This document shows, one piece after another, positions 41,290 through 64,000 of a stretch of 64,000 bases of DNA. A model generated the notes under the pieces. It ran no database searches, was not told the DNA's origin, and was given only the letters and a program-made list of their open reading frames with translations. This DNA is from the human T2T-CHM13v2.0 reference genome, Homo sapiens, in the NCBI RefSeq assembly GCF_009914755.1, contig NC_060947.1; one strand, 5' to 3'. The first letter of the stretch is position 1. Every line of letters begins with the position of its first letter. Both the position numbers and the translations under genes were made by a program.

Positions 41290-41690
41290 TGTCAGAAAAA
41301 AGGTAAAAAATCATGACTCTCGTACAGATACAAAAATGAACACGTGTTAAAGATTTTATTTTACTCATTAATCAACAAGAGAACCAGACAGATGTTATAG
41401 CTGGTTCAAACAAAAAGTCAAAAAGCACAAATTTATATGGAGTAAAGGAAATAAATTGCAAATGGAGGCAAAAGTAGTTTTTCTACAGTGGGGAGGAAAG
41501 ACAATCCAAACTCAATGGGACAAGACAGACTTCGCATATACATCAGTTACCTGCAATTACAGAGATGCAAAATAGCTTGAAGACAATAACCTGAGCTAAA
41601 ATCAGATAGCCCAGAAGGTTATGCTATAGACAGTGCATAGTTTTTTCATTGGAGTACAAAGGTTTTTCTGTAGTAAGCAAACATGGTGGA
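41290..41690. mobile_element. Probable ERV1 solo-LTR remnant (MER34-like)
   Basis: gattttattttactcattaat...gaaccagacagatgttatagctggttcaaa resembles MER34-family LTRs from memory; not aligned. Confidence 0.45.
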
Positions 41691-41693
41691 TGC

Positions 41694-41695
<2 letters not shown>

Positions 41696-41728
<33 letters not shown>
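41696..41728 (+). repeat. (TG)16 microsatellite
   Basis: Perfect dinucleotide run. Confidence 0.95.
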
Positions 41729-41734
<6 letters not shown>

Positions 41735-41875
41735 GTGGCTGTTGATTTTGCTTCTTGTGATTTCTCAGGGCCGTCACTTCAGTTCTTATCCAGAATTCAG
41801 TTCCATATAACATGCATTTACTGAGTAGTTACTATACGTAAGGTGTCGTGGAGGAAACAAAGACAAAAAAGGATG

Positions 41876-42188
<313 letters not shown>

Positions 42189-42229
42189 AGGACGCTATTT
42201 CTTACCTTAGGTAGCTGATTGGTGGGGGA

Positions 42230-43200
42230 GACAAACATGCCTTGTCCCCAACTAACCAAGCTAGAGAGGAGAATAAGAACCAGTGCTGTGGAAGAGGTAG
42301 GGAGTAAATACTTGAGGACAACCAGAGAGGGAGGGGTTAACTGAACTCGGGCTGGGGCTAGGGGGATGACATGATGACATTTAAGCTGAGTCTTGAGAGA
42401 AGACAGGGAGAGGAAGAGGGGGAAGCAGGAGAGGCCATTTCAGGGTGAGGAGGCAGAAGAGTCCTGAAACTGGATGGTGTGTTTAGGAAGGGTTGGGAGC
42501 TGGGGGTGGTGAGAGTGGTGGGGAAATGGCAGGATGTGGTGGAAGAGGAGGCTGGAGAGGAGGTTTGAGGCCAGGTCATGAGGGCCCTGAAGGCAGTGCT
42601 GAGAATGGCTGGCTGGGTGCTAGAGGCCGGGGAAAGCTATTGAAAGCTTTTGAGGAGGGAAGGAGTGACATGATCGAACTGGCGCTTTAGAAGATGAATT
42701 GATTGTAGAATCAAGAAATTGAAGGCAGAGGGAGCAGTTAAGAGGTGATTATAATATTCTGGGTGAGAGCTGATGAGGGCCTGCACCAGGGTAGTGGCAA
42801 GAAGGGTAGAAGGCAAGGCTGGAGATGGCATTATTAAGGCCTGACTTCTGATCGAATATGGGCGGCAGGGGAGAGAAGGAGTTGAAGATGACAAGGCGGA
42901 AATTTCCAGGCTAGGGGACGGTAGTGCCGTTAAGTAAGCTAGGAAACACGCTGCTTACTGGGCATAGGGGGTGGGGAGCAGGTTTATGAGAACAGATAAT
43001 GAGTATGGTTTGAGACACATTGAGTTTGAGGGGCTTGGTGGTCATCCAATTAACAGCAAGTTGCTGGCAGCTGGAAATTCTGGTCTGGGCCTAAGGAGAG
43101 AGGTCAAGGCTAGAGATACAGATTTGGGAGTCATCAGTGCATCAAGGGGCGAGCTGAAACTGTGGAAGCTCATGAGCTGAGAGAGAAGGTGGGGCAGGGC
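42230..43200 (-). mobile_element. L2 LINE remnant
   Basis: Typical L2 motifs: gagtgacatgatc, gacacattgagtttgag, gatttgggagtcatcag. Confidence 0.75.
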
Positions 43201-43209
43201 TGACAACTG

Positions 43210-43860
43210 GCACAGAGGGAGAGAGATGGGTGGGGGAAGCCAGAGAGAGCCAGCAAAAGGCAGACTAGGAGGAAAAGAGACAGAGGGAGACCGGGGAGGG
43301 ACCGGAAGAGGGAGACTGAAGGCCAAAGAGTAGAGGGGAGGGGGAGGCACAGGGGAGGGAGAAGGGGAAGGAGGGGGAGAGGGAGGAGAGAATGAATGGG
43401 AGACTGAGGGAAATGGGGAAGGTGAGATAAGCAAGAAAAAGACAGGGAAGGAGAGAGGTGGGAACGGGGAGAAAGTTGGAGGAGAGGGGATTGTGTGTGT
43501 GTGTGAGAGAGAGGAGAAAGGCAAGAGGTGAACAGCTGGGAAAATAATAGGGGAGAGAAAGGTGAGGAGGAGGAAGAGTAAAGAGAGAGAGATGGGTAGG
43601 GGGATGAGAAAGAGGGAAGAAGCCTTGAAAGATAGGAAGGGGAGGAAATGGGAGAGGGTGGCAGAGGTGAAGAGAGACAGAGATCAAGGGAAAGGCCAGG
43701 CCCCAGTGAATGCCCAAGTCTTTGGGGTGGGCAGTGGAAGAGAAGGGCCCCGGAGAAGCCATCAGGCAGTGGATCAGGAAAGACAAGAGAAGGGAGAGAA
43801 TAAAGAGGGCAACGTATCCCACTCTGCAGAGATGAGGAGGAGGATGAAGCCCAGGCAGGG
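43210..43860 (+). repeat. G/A-rich low-complexity tract
   Basis: ~650 nt with strong purine skew and many GGG runs. Confidence 0.85.
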
Positions 43861-43879
43861 TGGATGCCTCTCTCCTCTC

Positions 43880-44670
<791 letters not shown>

Positions 44671-44929
44671 ATACTGTGTTGAAAGTGGACAATCTCTGAA
44701 AATTGAAAAATGGATACATGAAACAAATCCCTCGTACAACTATATCTTATTGTGATTTACTTTGGAAAGTGGAGAACAGCATTCAATTCTGATCACTGTA
44801 GGGTTCTGTTCAGTTGAACTTCAATGAATAAGGATTTTAGCTAATAAGCTAACTCAAGAGCTTAAGGGTCTCAAGGCAAGCTCATTGGATAAAGGTTTTT
44901 CTTGGTGCCTCATTTTTTCTAGAAGGTAA

Positions 44930-45437
<508 letters not shown>

Positions 45438-46021
45438 TGAAACCAGGTTAGATACGTGTGTTATTTCCAACTCAAAGTCAATGGAGTATTTTTGAAGGAC
45501 TTACGAAAAAAAGCATGTGCTTCCTCTGAAGAGTGTAAATTGGCTACGTCACTCAAATACTTCAGTACCCATGGATTAGAGAGTAGACGAGAAAAAGGTC
45601 ACCAGTAGTGTTTTAGTGCACCATTCATATATGGGTATGACTCTCTAATTGTAGTTGGTTAGGCTAAATGTGTGTAGAAATATATACTGTCATCTCATTT
45701 GTCTGAAATAGATTGAATTTCCTCTACTCAAGCATATCTGTCTTTTAAGATAATTTAAAACTCACTCTAGGTGATTAACAATGTCCTCATCTCCATCCTG
45801 AAACCTATGGATTCCTAGAAAGCTGGTGCTCCCTCTTCCCGGTTTAGACCTTAATTTTCCATAGCAGGCTGGCTGCTTTAACATTCTGATGCTGTAATTA
45901 CCTTTATTGAAACATTGCTGTGTAAAAGGTGATTGAAGCAGCTGTCCCTGTTACGAGTTTTGATTTTCTGGAATTCTTTTCCCCAGGGGGAGTGGCCACA
46001 GCAGGTCCTATCTGGTGGTGA

Positions 46022-46117
<96 letters not shown>

Positions 46118-46414
46118 TGAGGAGGCCAGGAAGGTGGCCGCTGCTGGCCTCCAGTGAGCAGTACCTCGTCACCAGAGGGATAGCTGCATACAATAGGGCC
46201 TGGGGAGGGACCCTGGGGAGGAGAAGACTCTTAGTTGTTTCTAATTTTCCTGTGGTGGGATGGGGATGGGGCTGTGTGAGTGGCCTGATCTGCCATGCTA
46301 TCTCTTTTCAGATGAAGGTGAGGAGGCCAAAAAAATGACCTTTTGCCAGCTAGCACTTGTCTACTCATTAACAACTGTCAGACTGTGGAGTAAGGGGAAG
46401 CTCAGGCAATGGCA

Positions 46415-47668
<1,254 letters not shown>

Positions 47669-48312
47669 GCCTCTCTCATTTTTAGAGAAGGCACTGCTCC
47701 TTCATGCTTGCTGGTGTTTTTTTGTTGTTTCAATCCATTGACTGTTTAAATTCAAATATACATCAGATAAATCACCAAGACACAGAACAATATGGCTTTC
47801 CCTGGGATTCAAGATCTGACGTTTCTTGGGTAAATCTTAGAAATGTGTGTGCGCATATAGGGGAGTATTGGTAATTTGAAGGGAAAAGGAATGGAAGTCT
47901 TTGTGTTTATCTACTTTGTTCTTCTGTTCCTAACTGGAGAAGTATATACTTGTCTGAGGTCAAGGTTAGCAGAATAGACCTTTTTATTTTCTTAAGCCAT
48001 TAGTGCCTGATAGCTTAATGTTCTCTGTACTGAGGAACAAGTTAGAGATGGGCTTAAAAGGAATTTAATTTTAGGATAAAAAGAGTCAAGACCATGGAAA
48101 ATGAGATGAAATTCTTAGGTGCTCAGGAAGAAAAGTGTTTTCCTTTACATATGAAGCATGTCCTCAGATGATCACTAAGAGATGATCTAGGGAAAGGCAG
48201 GGTGATGATAATGATTTGCGTAAGTATTCATTGGCAGGTCATGTTGACCTAGTTATAAGTAGTTGAGACTTTGATGCAGAAATCTGGACTAGAGCCTTCA
48301 AAAGACCAGCGG

Positions 48313-50281
<1,969 letters not shown>

Positions 50282-51505
50282 GCACAGTGTGTTTGGGGAA
50301 GGTCCAAGTTGGAATGAAGGCAATCTTGGGGTACTGTGGGACTCGAACCAGGGAAAGTCTCCCAGGACTGGAAGGTAAGGAGCCTGGTGTGTGCTGGGTG
50401 GTATATTTCTCTTACGGGTAGTCTGGGCCCAGCAGGAACTGAAGAGGGTCCGGTTTGACAGTGGTGCTAGCCCTTAATAATTAGGGAAATGGCCCAGAGG
50501 GGTCATGGCCATTTCTGGTTTAAGTTCCACAAAGCCTTGAACATAACAGCTCTGCCTCCTCTGTGGTGGGAAGAAACAGCAGGATTGATTTTCAGTCCTG
50601 ACTGAAGCCTGCTATGACCTCTGTTCCCTCCTGCCGCCCGCCTCCGCCAGCTGCACCCTCATAACCTTGCCTGGTTGACCCAGCTCTTCCCGGGCCCCCT
50701 CCCCTGCAAGTTACTCCTGTCCCAGGCTCTTCTCTCAATGGAGCAAGTTAATGTTTGCTTAGCTCTGCCCACCCCTCTTCTCAGAGGATTTGAAACACGG
50801 CTGCATGACATTTTGCAGCGCCTTCGGGGCTGGACTCAGGTGTGGGTATGGCTGGAGTGGCCAGGACTGCTGTTGCTTGGCCTGGTTCTGTGGTTCTCTG
50901 GCAGCTGCCTTCGACGGCAGGGATTCTGCTTTCGAGGTGTCATTTCAGGCAGGGTGGGAGCTTGCAAGGGGAGAATGAGGATGCAGCCCACTCCCTTTTG
51001 TATGGCCAGGAGGGGAAAGAATGTAAATAAATAGCACCTTCCCATGTGGGGTTGCTTGGGGGAAGTGCTGCTTGTTTCCCCTTGAGTACTCCCCCTAAAA
51101 CCGTCCCTGGCAAGTCTAGTGGGAACACGCTTCCCCCTGGCCCAAGGCTGGGCATAGGTCTCGCTTTTGTGGTCTCTTAGGAGTTGATGTGAAAGTATGT
51201 TTTCCCTTTCCTTCAGGCCCTCCCTCCCTCCCCTTCCCCGAGACCACCCTGACTGCATCTAAAGCCCTTGCCTCTCCTTACAGTCATTTCTGTTTGTCAC
51301 CAACAGTCACTTCCAGCAGTGGAGCCCTCCCACTTCTGCCAGTCCAACTGCCTTTTAAAGGGAACAAGCCTTTCCCCCTCGGTTAGCCCCTTCTGGATCC
51401 CTGAAAAGATGGGGAGAGGCCCGTGGTGATCCCCCTTGCCTTTTTTGCTTCTCTTGCCCCAGGTACAATTTTGGAGTCCCTGTTTCAGTGGGAGGGAGGA
51501 AGTTA

Positions 51506-52340
<835 letters not shown>

Positions 52341-53236
52341 TAATAGTTCTTGCTGTACTTAAAATACCAGGGGAGGGAGGCAGTCTGATGCCACCCTCTC
52401 CCTTTTTTTTTTTGTCAGGATGTACAATTTTCTATGATGCTTACCTGAAATTTGGAGAAGACTTTAAACAGGGGGAGATGCATTTGAGTTTTCCTCCTTT
52501 GGGACCCAGCTCTCTGGCCTTGAGCCCTTTTCTCTGGGACATATGAACCTGAATTTGGGGTCTGAGGCTTTTCGGACAGGAGAGAACAAAGTGGTGCTGG
52601 GAGACTGATGGGGGGGCAGGGAGGGGTGCTGGCAGGAGATAGGATGTAGGCAAGGATAGAAGGAGGGTAGAAGGGAGGGTGTTGCCTAGAACTCTAGAAA
52701 AAAGGGGGCAGTGTCTCCTGGAGGGAAAAAAGTAGTATTCTTAAAATGCCTCTCAGCACCCAGTGACCTGGTGGCCTCCAAGTGGTATCATCACCAGTGC
52801 TAATAAACATGTCTCTGCTCTAGGCAAGACAGGAGGTGAATAGGTGACGATTCAGATTTAGACCTGAAAACACAACAGGGGTTTATTTGTTTTAGAAGAG
52901 GATTACCCATATGACACTTTCAGCCAGCTGCCCTTAGAGACTTAAAATAAGATTGTATTTAAAAGAAAAATGGGTTTTGCATGCCTTTTGAGGCATTCAG
53001 TGGTTCTCATGTCTCCCCTTTGAGCAATGCCCTGTACATCCTGGATGGTCATTTTGGCAGGTAAGCTCCAGGGAAAAGGTAAAAGTGCTAGGGTGTCCAC
53101 ACTCCTGGCAAGAGCCCTAGAAAACAGGGTAAACAGTCCAAAGAGGGGGGTCTAGTCAGACTGGGCTCTGGTAGGGACTTGCAAAGCTAGGTGTGGCGCC
53201 TCCGCTTTGTAACCAAGAACCCCCAGTTCCTTGTAA

Positions 53237-57075
<3,839 letters not shown>

Positions 57076-57879
57076 TAGCAACCTCCTGTGACCCCTACCC
57101 TGTGACACAGTGCTGTTGGGCAGCTGTGTGAACTGAACGGATTGGAAGGCTTTTGTAAAAGTAATAATGACCTGCTGTCCCCTCCCTAGGTCACATTTTC
57201 CATATACGGTGTCTCAGCATGGGGAGAGGCTGGCTTGTAGTTTGTAGGATGTGGGAAATGATTCTGTCCCTGGGGTAGGGAAGCCATTGTCCCAGATGAG
57301 ATCGGAAAGCGGAAGAAGGTATTGGTGAGGGAAATCAATGAATAACAGGCTCTTCCTTGAATAACCATTCTTCCTTTTCCTTTACTGAGAGAACACTGGC
57401 CTTGAGAACTTAGGGATGGGGAGAGCAGGGGCCTCTGACGGGGTTGTTCCTTTCACCACTGGTTGGGGGGCCTGCTTAGGATTTGCTGGGAGCCTTGTGG
57501 GGTCAGAGCCAATTTGGCTTCTGTGCTAATCAGTTTCCTACCCGCTCGAATGCTTGAGGCAGCAGCTTTGGGTTTTGGCCCACTGGGGATTGGATGGGCA
57601 AGGCAGGTTGGGTGTCTGGGTGTTGGTCTTGACAGGCTATGGATGGTGGCAGAGTTCTAGGCAAAAAGGTGGGCCAGGAGCACTTGATGAGAATCCCCTG
57701 GTCCCCCAGAAGGGACCAGAGGCTACTGGTGATCCAAGGAGAATCTTGAAACATTTGAGGATAGGGTTTATTAAAAATCTAGAACAACTTGAAGTTCTGT
57801 TAGCAAGCTTTCAAGTTGGATGTTCATGTACACTAAGGGACAAAATTTCTGGCTAGAGCACTGTGAATTTGGCTGTGGC

Positions 57880-58058
57880 ACAAGTTTATGGTCTTTTTTG
57901 GACCATAGACCATTTTGAAAAGCTGGTGAGAGCTATGGACCCTGTTCCCAGAAATGTGACCTCAGAATTTTGCCAATAATTTTAGGGGGTTCATGGACCT
58001 GACCTCTGCCCCATCGCCCAAAGCTCACCCAGGGACTGCAGGTTAAGAACCCCTGGGA
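57880..58058. mobile_element. hAT-Charlie-type MITE remnant
   Basis: Ends in caggttaagaacccctg; internal gagagctatggaccct. Confidence 0.55.
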
Positions 58059-58199
58059 TAGGTGTTTGGGTGGATTTTAACTCACAAACCTCACAACCAC
58101 CCTGGTATGTCAGAGACACGTGAAGTAGGAACGTGGGTCATGACGCAGTAGAGCATATAACGTTTGGCAGGTAATTGCCATCTGCGCTTGGTGGTAATA

Positions 58200-59400
58200 A
58201 GAATAATAATTCATGTCGTTAGAGTTGTGTTTTTACATTTGTTATCTAATCGTTACAGTAACCATATGAGGTGAATGCTACACCAATCTACAGGTGAGAA
58301 AATAAATGAAACAGAGGCTCAGAGAGGATACATTACCCAGTTACACAGCTACTAACTTGCAGAGCTAGAACTCAGACTCTGGTCTCTGGTTCCAAAGTCC
58401 ATGTTCTTCTTCAGCTATACCATATTATCTTCCACTCTCTTTTTGTTTTTTTTTTTTTGAGTCAGGGTCTTGCTCTGTCACCCGGGCTGGAGTGCAGTGG
58501 CTCGATCACAGCTCATTGCAGCCTTCACCTTCTGGGCTCAAGCAGTCTCCCACTTTAGCCTCCCAAGTAGCTGGGACCACAGGTGTGTACCACTACACCT
58601 GGCTAATTATTTTTTGTAGAGACGAGGTCTCACTATGTTGGCTAAGCTGGTCTCGGACTCCTGGGCTGAAGCGATCCTCCTGCTTCAGCCTCCCAAAGTG
58701 CTGGGATTACAGGCGTGAGCCACCTCACCTGGCCATCTTCTACTCTCCGCCCATGGAACTGTTTCACTGAATGTTTTGCAAGTTTTTGTTGCATGGCTAC
58801 TGTATGCCAGTCCTTCCCAGGCAATGGGAATACCTCTTCAGGAGGGTGGTATCATAGATTGATGAGGAGTATGCTCCCTGGAGCCAGACACGGAGCCTGG
58901 GTTTGAATTTTGGCCCCACCTCTTCCTAGCTGTGTGCTATTAGTCAAGCTACTTAATCTCTATGGCCTTCAGTTTCTTAATCTATACACAAGACAATAAT
59001 AGTATCTACTCATAGAGTTGTGAAGATTAAATGAGATGATGATATAAAATGTCCACAATAGGCAAATCCATGGAGACAGAAAGTAGACTAGTGGTTGCCT
59101 AGGGTTGGGGAGGATGGAAGAGTTGGGGAGTGACTGTTTAATGGGTATTGGGTTTCCATTCAGGGTGATGAAAAAGTTCTGGAGCTAGATAAGTAGGGAT
59201 GGTTACATAGCTCTATGACTATACTAAAAACAATTGAATTTTACACTTAAGTGAATTGCATGGTATGTCTTAATAAATTGTATCTCAGTAAAGCTGTCAT
59301 TTTAAAAAAGATTAAAGAACGTGATATACATAAGTGTGTACAGTAGTATCTGGCACATAGTAGGTGTTCAGTTAGTGTTAGTGGTTGCTGTTATTGTTAG
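58200..59400. mobile_element. MIR, AluJ(-) 58440-58734, and a MIR split by an L1M 3' fragment (~59040-59310)
   Basis: MIR cores; L1M end aataggcaaatccatggagacagaaagtagactagtggttgcc. Confidence 0.75.
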
Positions 59401-59988
59401 CATTACAAACAAAATAGATGTGGCCCCGCCTCTCATGAAGCTTATGTCTCTCAGATGACTCAGTGACAGGTGGGCACTGCCCTATCCTATATTAGATGAA
59501 CAGTTCAGTGGGCCCACTATCAAATGCAGAGGGCAGAAATTAAAATGACAAGATCAGGGGCCTGGAAGCAGCTCTTTGCAACTGCCTGTAAGGATTTAGT
59601 AAATGTCTATTTTTTGGGAGTGCAAATCACTTCGTTCCTTCTTTTTTTTTACATGCCACCTTCCTGAGAAGGAAACTGTTGATCAGCAAACTAAGATCAG
59701 GGGTTTGTTTGAAATAGCCCCTTTCAGGGCTTGGCCAAGAGTGAAAATAGTCTCCTGTTGCCAATACCACCTGCCCAAGGCCTCTCAGGATCCTAAAGGG
59801 CCTTCTGCATCACCAGCAAAGAGAGAGAGTTCTGCTTCATTTGGTGCTGGATGTATTTTATTGTCCTCTCATTCCTTGGAAAGCTCTTTGGAAAATATTT
59901 CAAAACTGTTAACCAGAATGTTCATCTCTCACGGTCTCCCCATCCTCCCAACTTCATGCATAAGTTGGAGTGTGCGAAATATTTTTAT

Positions 59989-60063
59989 TCCTGACCTCAG
60001 GTGATCCGCTGGCCTTGGCTTCCCGAGGTGCTGGGATTACAGGCTTGAGCCACCGCGCCCTGC
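59989..60063 (-). mobile_element. Alu 5' fragment
   Basis: tcctgacctcaggtgatcc...gagccaccgcgccc only. Confidence 0.85.
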
Positions 60064-61765
60064 TAGATGTTCTGTTTTACTTGTTTTTGTCTTCGGAAGT
60101 AAAAGTTAATGATCTGCATTTGAAAGAGCCAGCTAAGAATGATATTCAGAAATAAATAGGACATGTTCAAATGTATGTGCATTTGACTTTATTCCCCCTG
60201 ACTTAAAATAGTTTTTCTCCAGCCGTACCTGAAGGTTAGTTTTTAAGCAGTAGTTCCTCATCTTCCTCTTTCCAACCAATGCTTTCCTCCTCCTAACACT
60301 TTGGTTTGTAGGAACTGGCAGCAAGCCAAGGGGGAAACTGAACTTGAATTTTTAGCTCAGGCCTCTGCTGAAAATAAGAAGCAGGAAGAGTTCATGGGAT
60401 AGGAGGAGTCCTGGAATTTGATGGGTAGTGGTGACTCCCTGTCCCTGGAGAATTAGGAGGCCCCAGCCCCCGAAAATGTTCCATCAGTAAGGTATGTGCC
60501 ATCCCCTTAGCTGGAGGTACACCACGATAACCTTCTAGCAGGCGAGGCATGGGTCAGCTTAGGGGAAAAACAGCTCAAGCAAGTTTAACCCTTCCTTTCC
60601 TCCTCGGACCTGCTTTTATTGTTCCAACGTTTTGCTTATTCTGCACTCCCTGCATACTAGAATACTGGAAATCCCTACATTGCCCTATTTCTTGTTTAGT
60701 GGCACAGAGAGACCTCAAAGCTCGTGAGAATACGTGACTGTTAGGCTGAGAGTGTCCTTGCAGTGTGTGAGCACAGCCATTGTGCCTCTTAGATGTGCCA
60801 GGCAGTGGGCGTGGGAGAAGCTGAGCTGAAGCAGCCGAGGAAGTGATTCAGGGAAGATAGGTAGCGAGAGCTGATGCCCAGAGGCCCGGGCTGGGGGCCA
60901 GGACCCCCGGGTCCTAGTCCCAATTCTGGGTCTTTCTCACTGCAAGCACAAATGTGCTAACTTGCGGGTTGGCCTGGTAAGTGGCAGTCCCTGAGCCAGT
61001 GGACACATGGGATTGTGTGTTACCCTGGACAAGTCATTCAACCCTTTGTCTTGGAGCCTCCGTTTTCTTATCTGTTCAGTGGGGATAATATTAGCTTCTC
61101 CTCCCAGGGTTGTGGGGAGGATAAAATCCAATAATAGAGATGAGAGCATTTGGAAAGGCTGAAAGTGCTACAGAGTATAAAGTGGCATTATGAATAATGC
61201 TTGGGCCTTTTCACTGGGTTTTATAAATATGAGGATATTTGAATTGCTCCTGTGTCATGTTTTTCTTCTTGCCTTAGTTGAATCTATTTTCTGGTATTAA
61301 TTTACACGTGAAAAGAGACAATTTTTCTTGAGTTGGCCTGTACTGAGAATTATTTTCAGTTGTTGGTGCAATACCATTCACAGTGAAGTTATTTGAACAA
61401 TGTAGTCTCCCAACTTGCAGAAGAGGCATTTTGTTTAATGCCGGTCTCTCCATTGGTGTTTGGGTACAGAGAGTATGGGGCCTGACTTTGCACCTTTTAA
61501 AATGACTTTGGGTGTTTATTCACTGGCTTTTGAACGCAGACTCTGTAGACCTCTTTAAAGTGATGGGATGTGGACGCCTATGGGGATTAGCTGGGGCCCT
61601 GGACTCAGTCCAAAAGAGCCCCTGTCACCCACTCTGGAAGGCAGTGCACGGCCCCTTGCCCCTGGTCCCCCACTCTGGGCAGCTCATGCCTCTAGGTCAG
61701 AAACGGGACACATGGCTCAACCCCTGGAGAGCTTTCTTAAGAAGCAAAACTGACCTCAGACCTGA

Positions 61766-62104
<339 letters not shown>

Positions 62105-62589
62105 TAAGGTGAGCGAGCAAGGATCGGGGGCCCCTTCTGCTCCTCCTGGGTGCTAGAATAAGGCTGAAGGAAGTGGTTTTCCGACACAAACACCAGGCCC
62201 ACAACACAGTAGCCGACCCATTTCCCCGCGATGGGTCTAGGCTCAAAGAAACAAGTTTAAGGAGAATTTAGACAAAAACCACGGAATGGGGGTTCATTAC
62301 GCTGTCTTCTTTGGGTATACTGGAAAACTGCTATTCTGAAAGGACAAAAATAAATAGCTAGTTAGCTAGGAGAGTTTAGAGAAATCTTAAACGTTTATTA
62401 TCATTTAGGGACACACAGGATATCTGGGATGACGGGGCTGGTATGTGTCCCTAACCTGTCCGTTTTGCCACTAATAGTTTCTGGGCACCCTTATCAGGGA
62501 GAGAATCCCCAGCATTCCTGAGCATAGGAGTCCAGGTTCATGGTCTTGCCCACCTGACGTGACTATGACCTGCCTCTTCTGGTCTGTTC

Positions 62590-63486
<897 letters not shown>

Positions 63487-63644
63487 TAAAAACCACCTGG
63501 AAACACTCATTGTCTACAAGAGACACATATGTGATGGCCACGTAAGGGGAGTGAATAAATGTAACCCAGATTAACCACAGGGTAAACACAAACTCTTTCT
63601 CAATCTTTCCCCCGAGCCTCACAGGTGGGCTTTCTGGTCTTTAA

Positions 63645-63782
<138 letters not shown>

Positions 63783-64000
63783 TGAGACTAAGGTGATGGC
63801 CCCTCTCAGCATCTTCTATGAAAAGAGAGATCGAAATCTGGTTGAGCAGTTTTACCATGGGCCCAGGTGTCGAGTTGGGAATTTGATTCACTGTGCCACA
63901 ATGCCCAGCTCCTTGCAGAGATAAGAGAGCCCTGGGTGGGGGCAGGGGACAAATAGTCCTCAAATATTGCCCACTGTTTGAGGATTATTTGTTCAACTTT

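Overview
Human (primate) genomic DNA, very Alu-rich (roughly 60 copies or fragments, mostly on the - strand). It contains the 5' two-thirds of BCORL1 (BCL6 corepressor-like 1, X-linked) on the + strand. A ~5 kb CpG island (~20.3-25.6 kb) holds several candidate non-coding first exons and a textbook ZNF143/THAP11 motif. Five coding exons splice into one open frame by GT-AG rules: 46031-46116, 53377-53467, 53749-57012 (a 3264-nt giant exon carrying the PLDLS CtBP motif), 61784-61949 and 63697-63777. Together they give 3688 coding nt (codons 1-1230, the last split); the gene continues past the window. The rest is Alu/MIR/L2/L1/DNA-transposon/LTR remnants and microsatellites. I see no evidence of a wholly new system. 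The best leads are hypotheses: an ATG-initiated poly-alanine ORF over an interrupted GCN repeat in the CpG island; a candidate 41-nt intron-1 exon whose uORF would stop on the BCORL1 start codon; a cryptic donor that would remove the start codon; BCOR-like vestigial motifs; and an exon-shaped element ~20 kb upstream. Repeat boundaries and family names are by eye and approximate.
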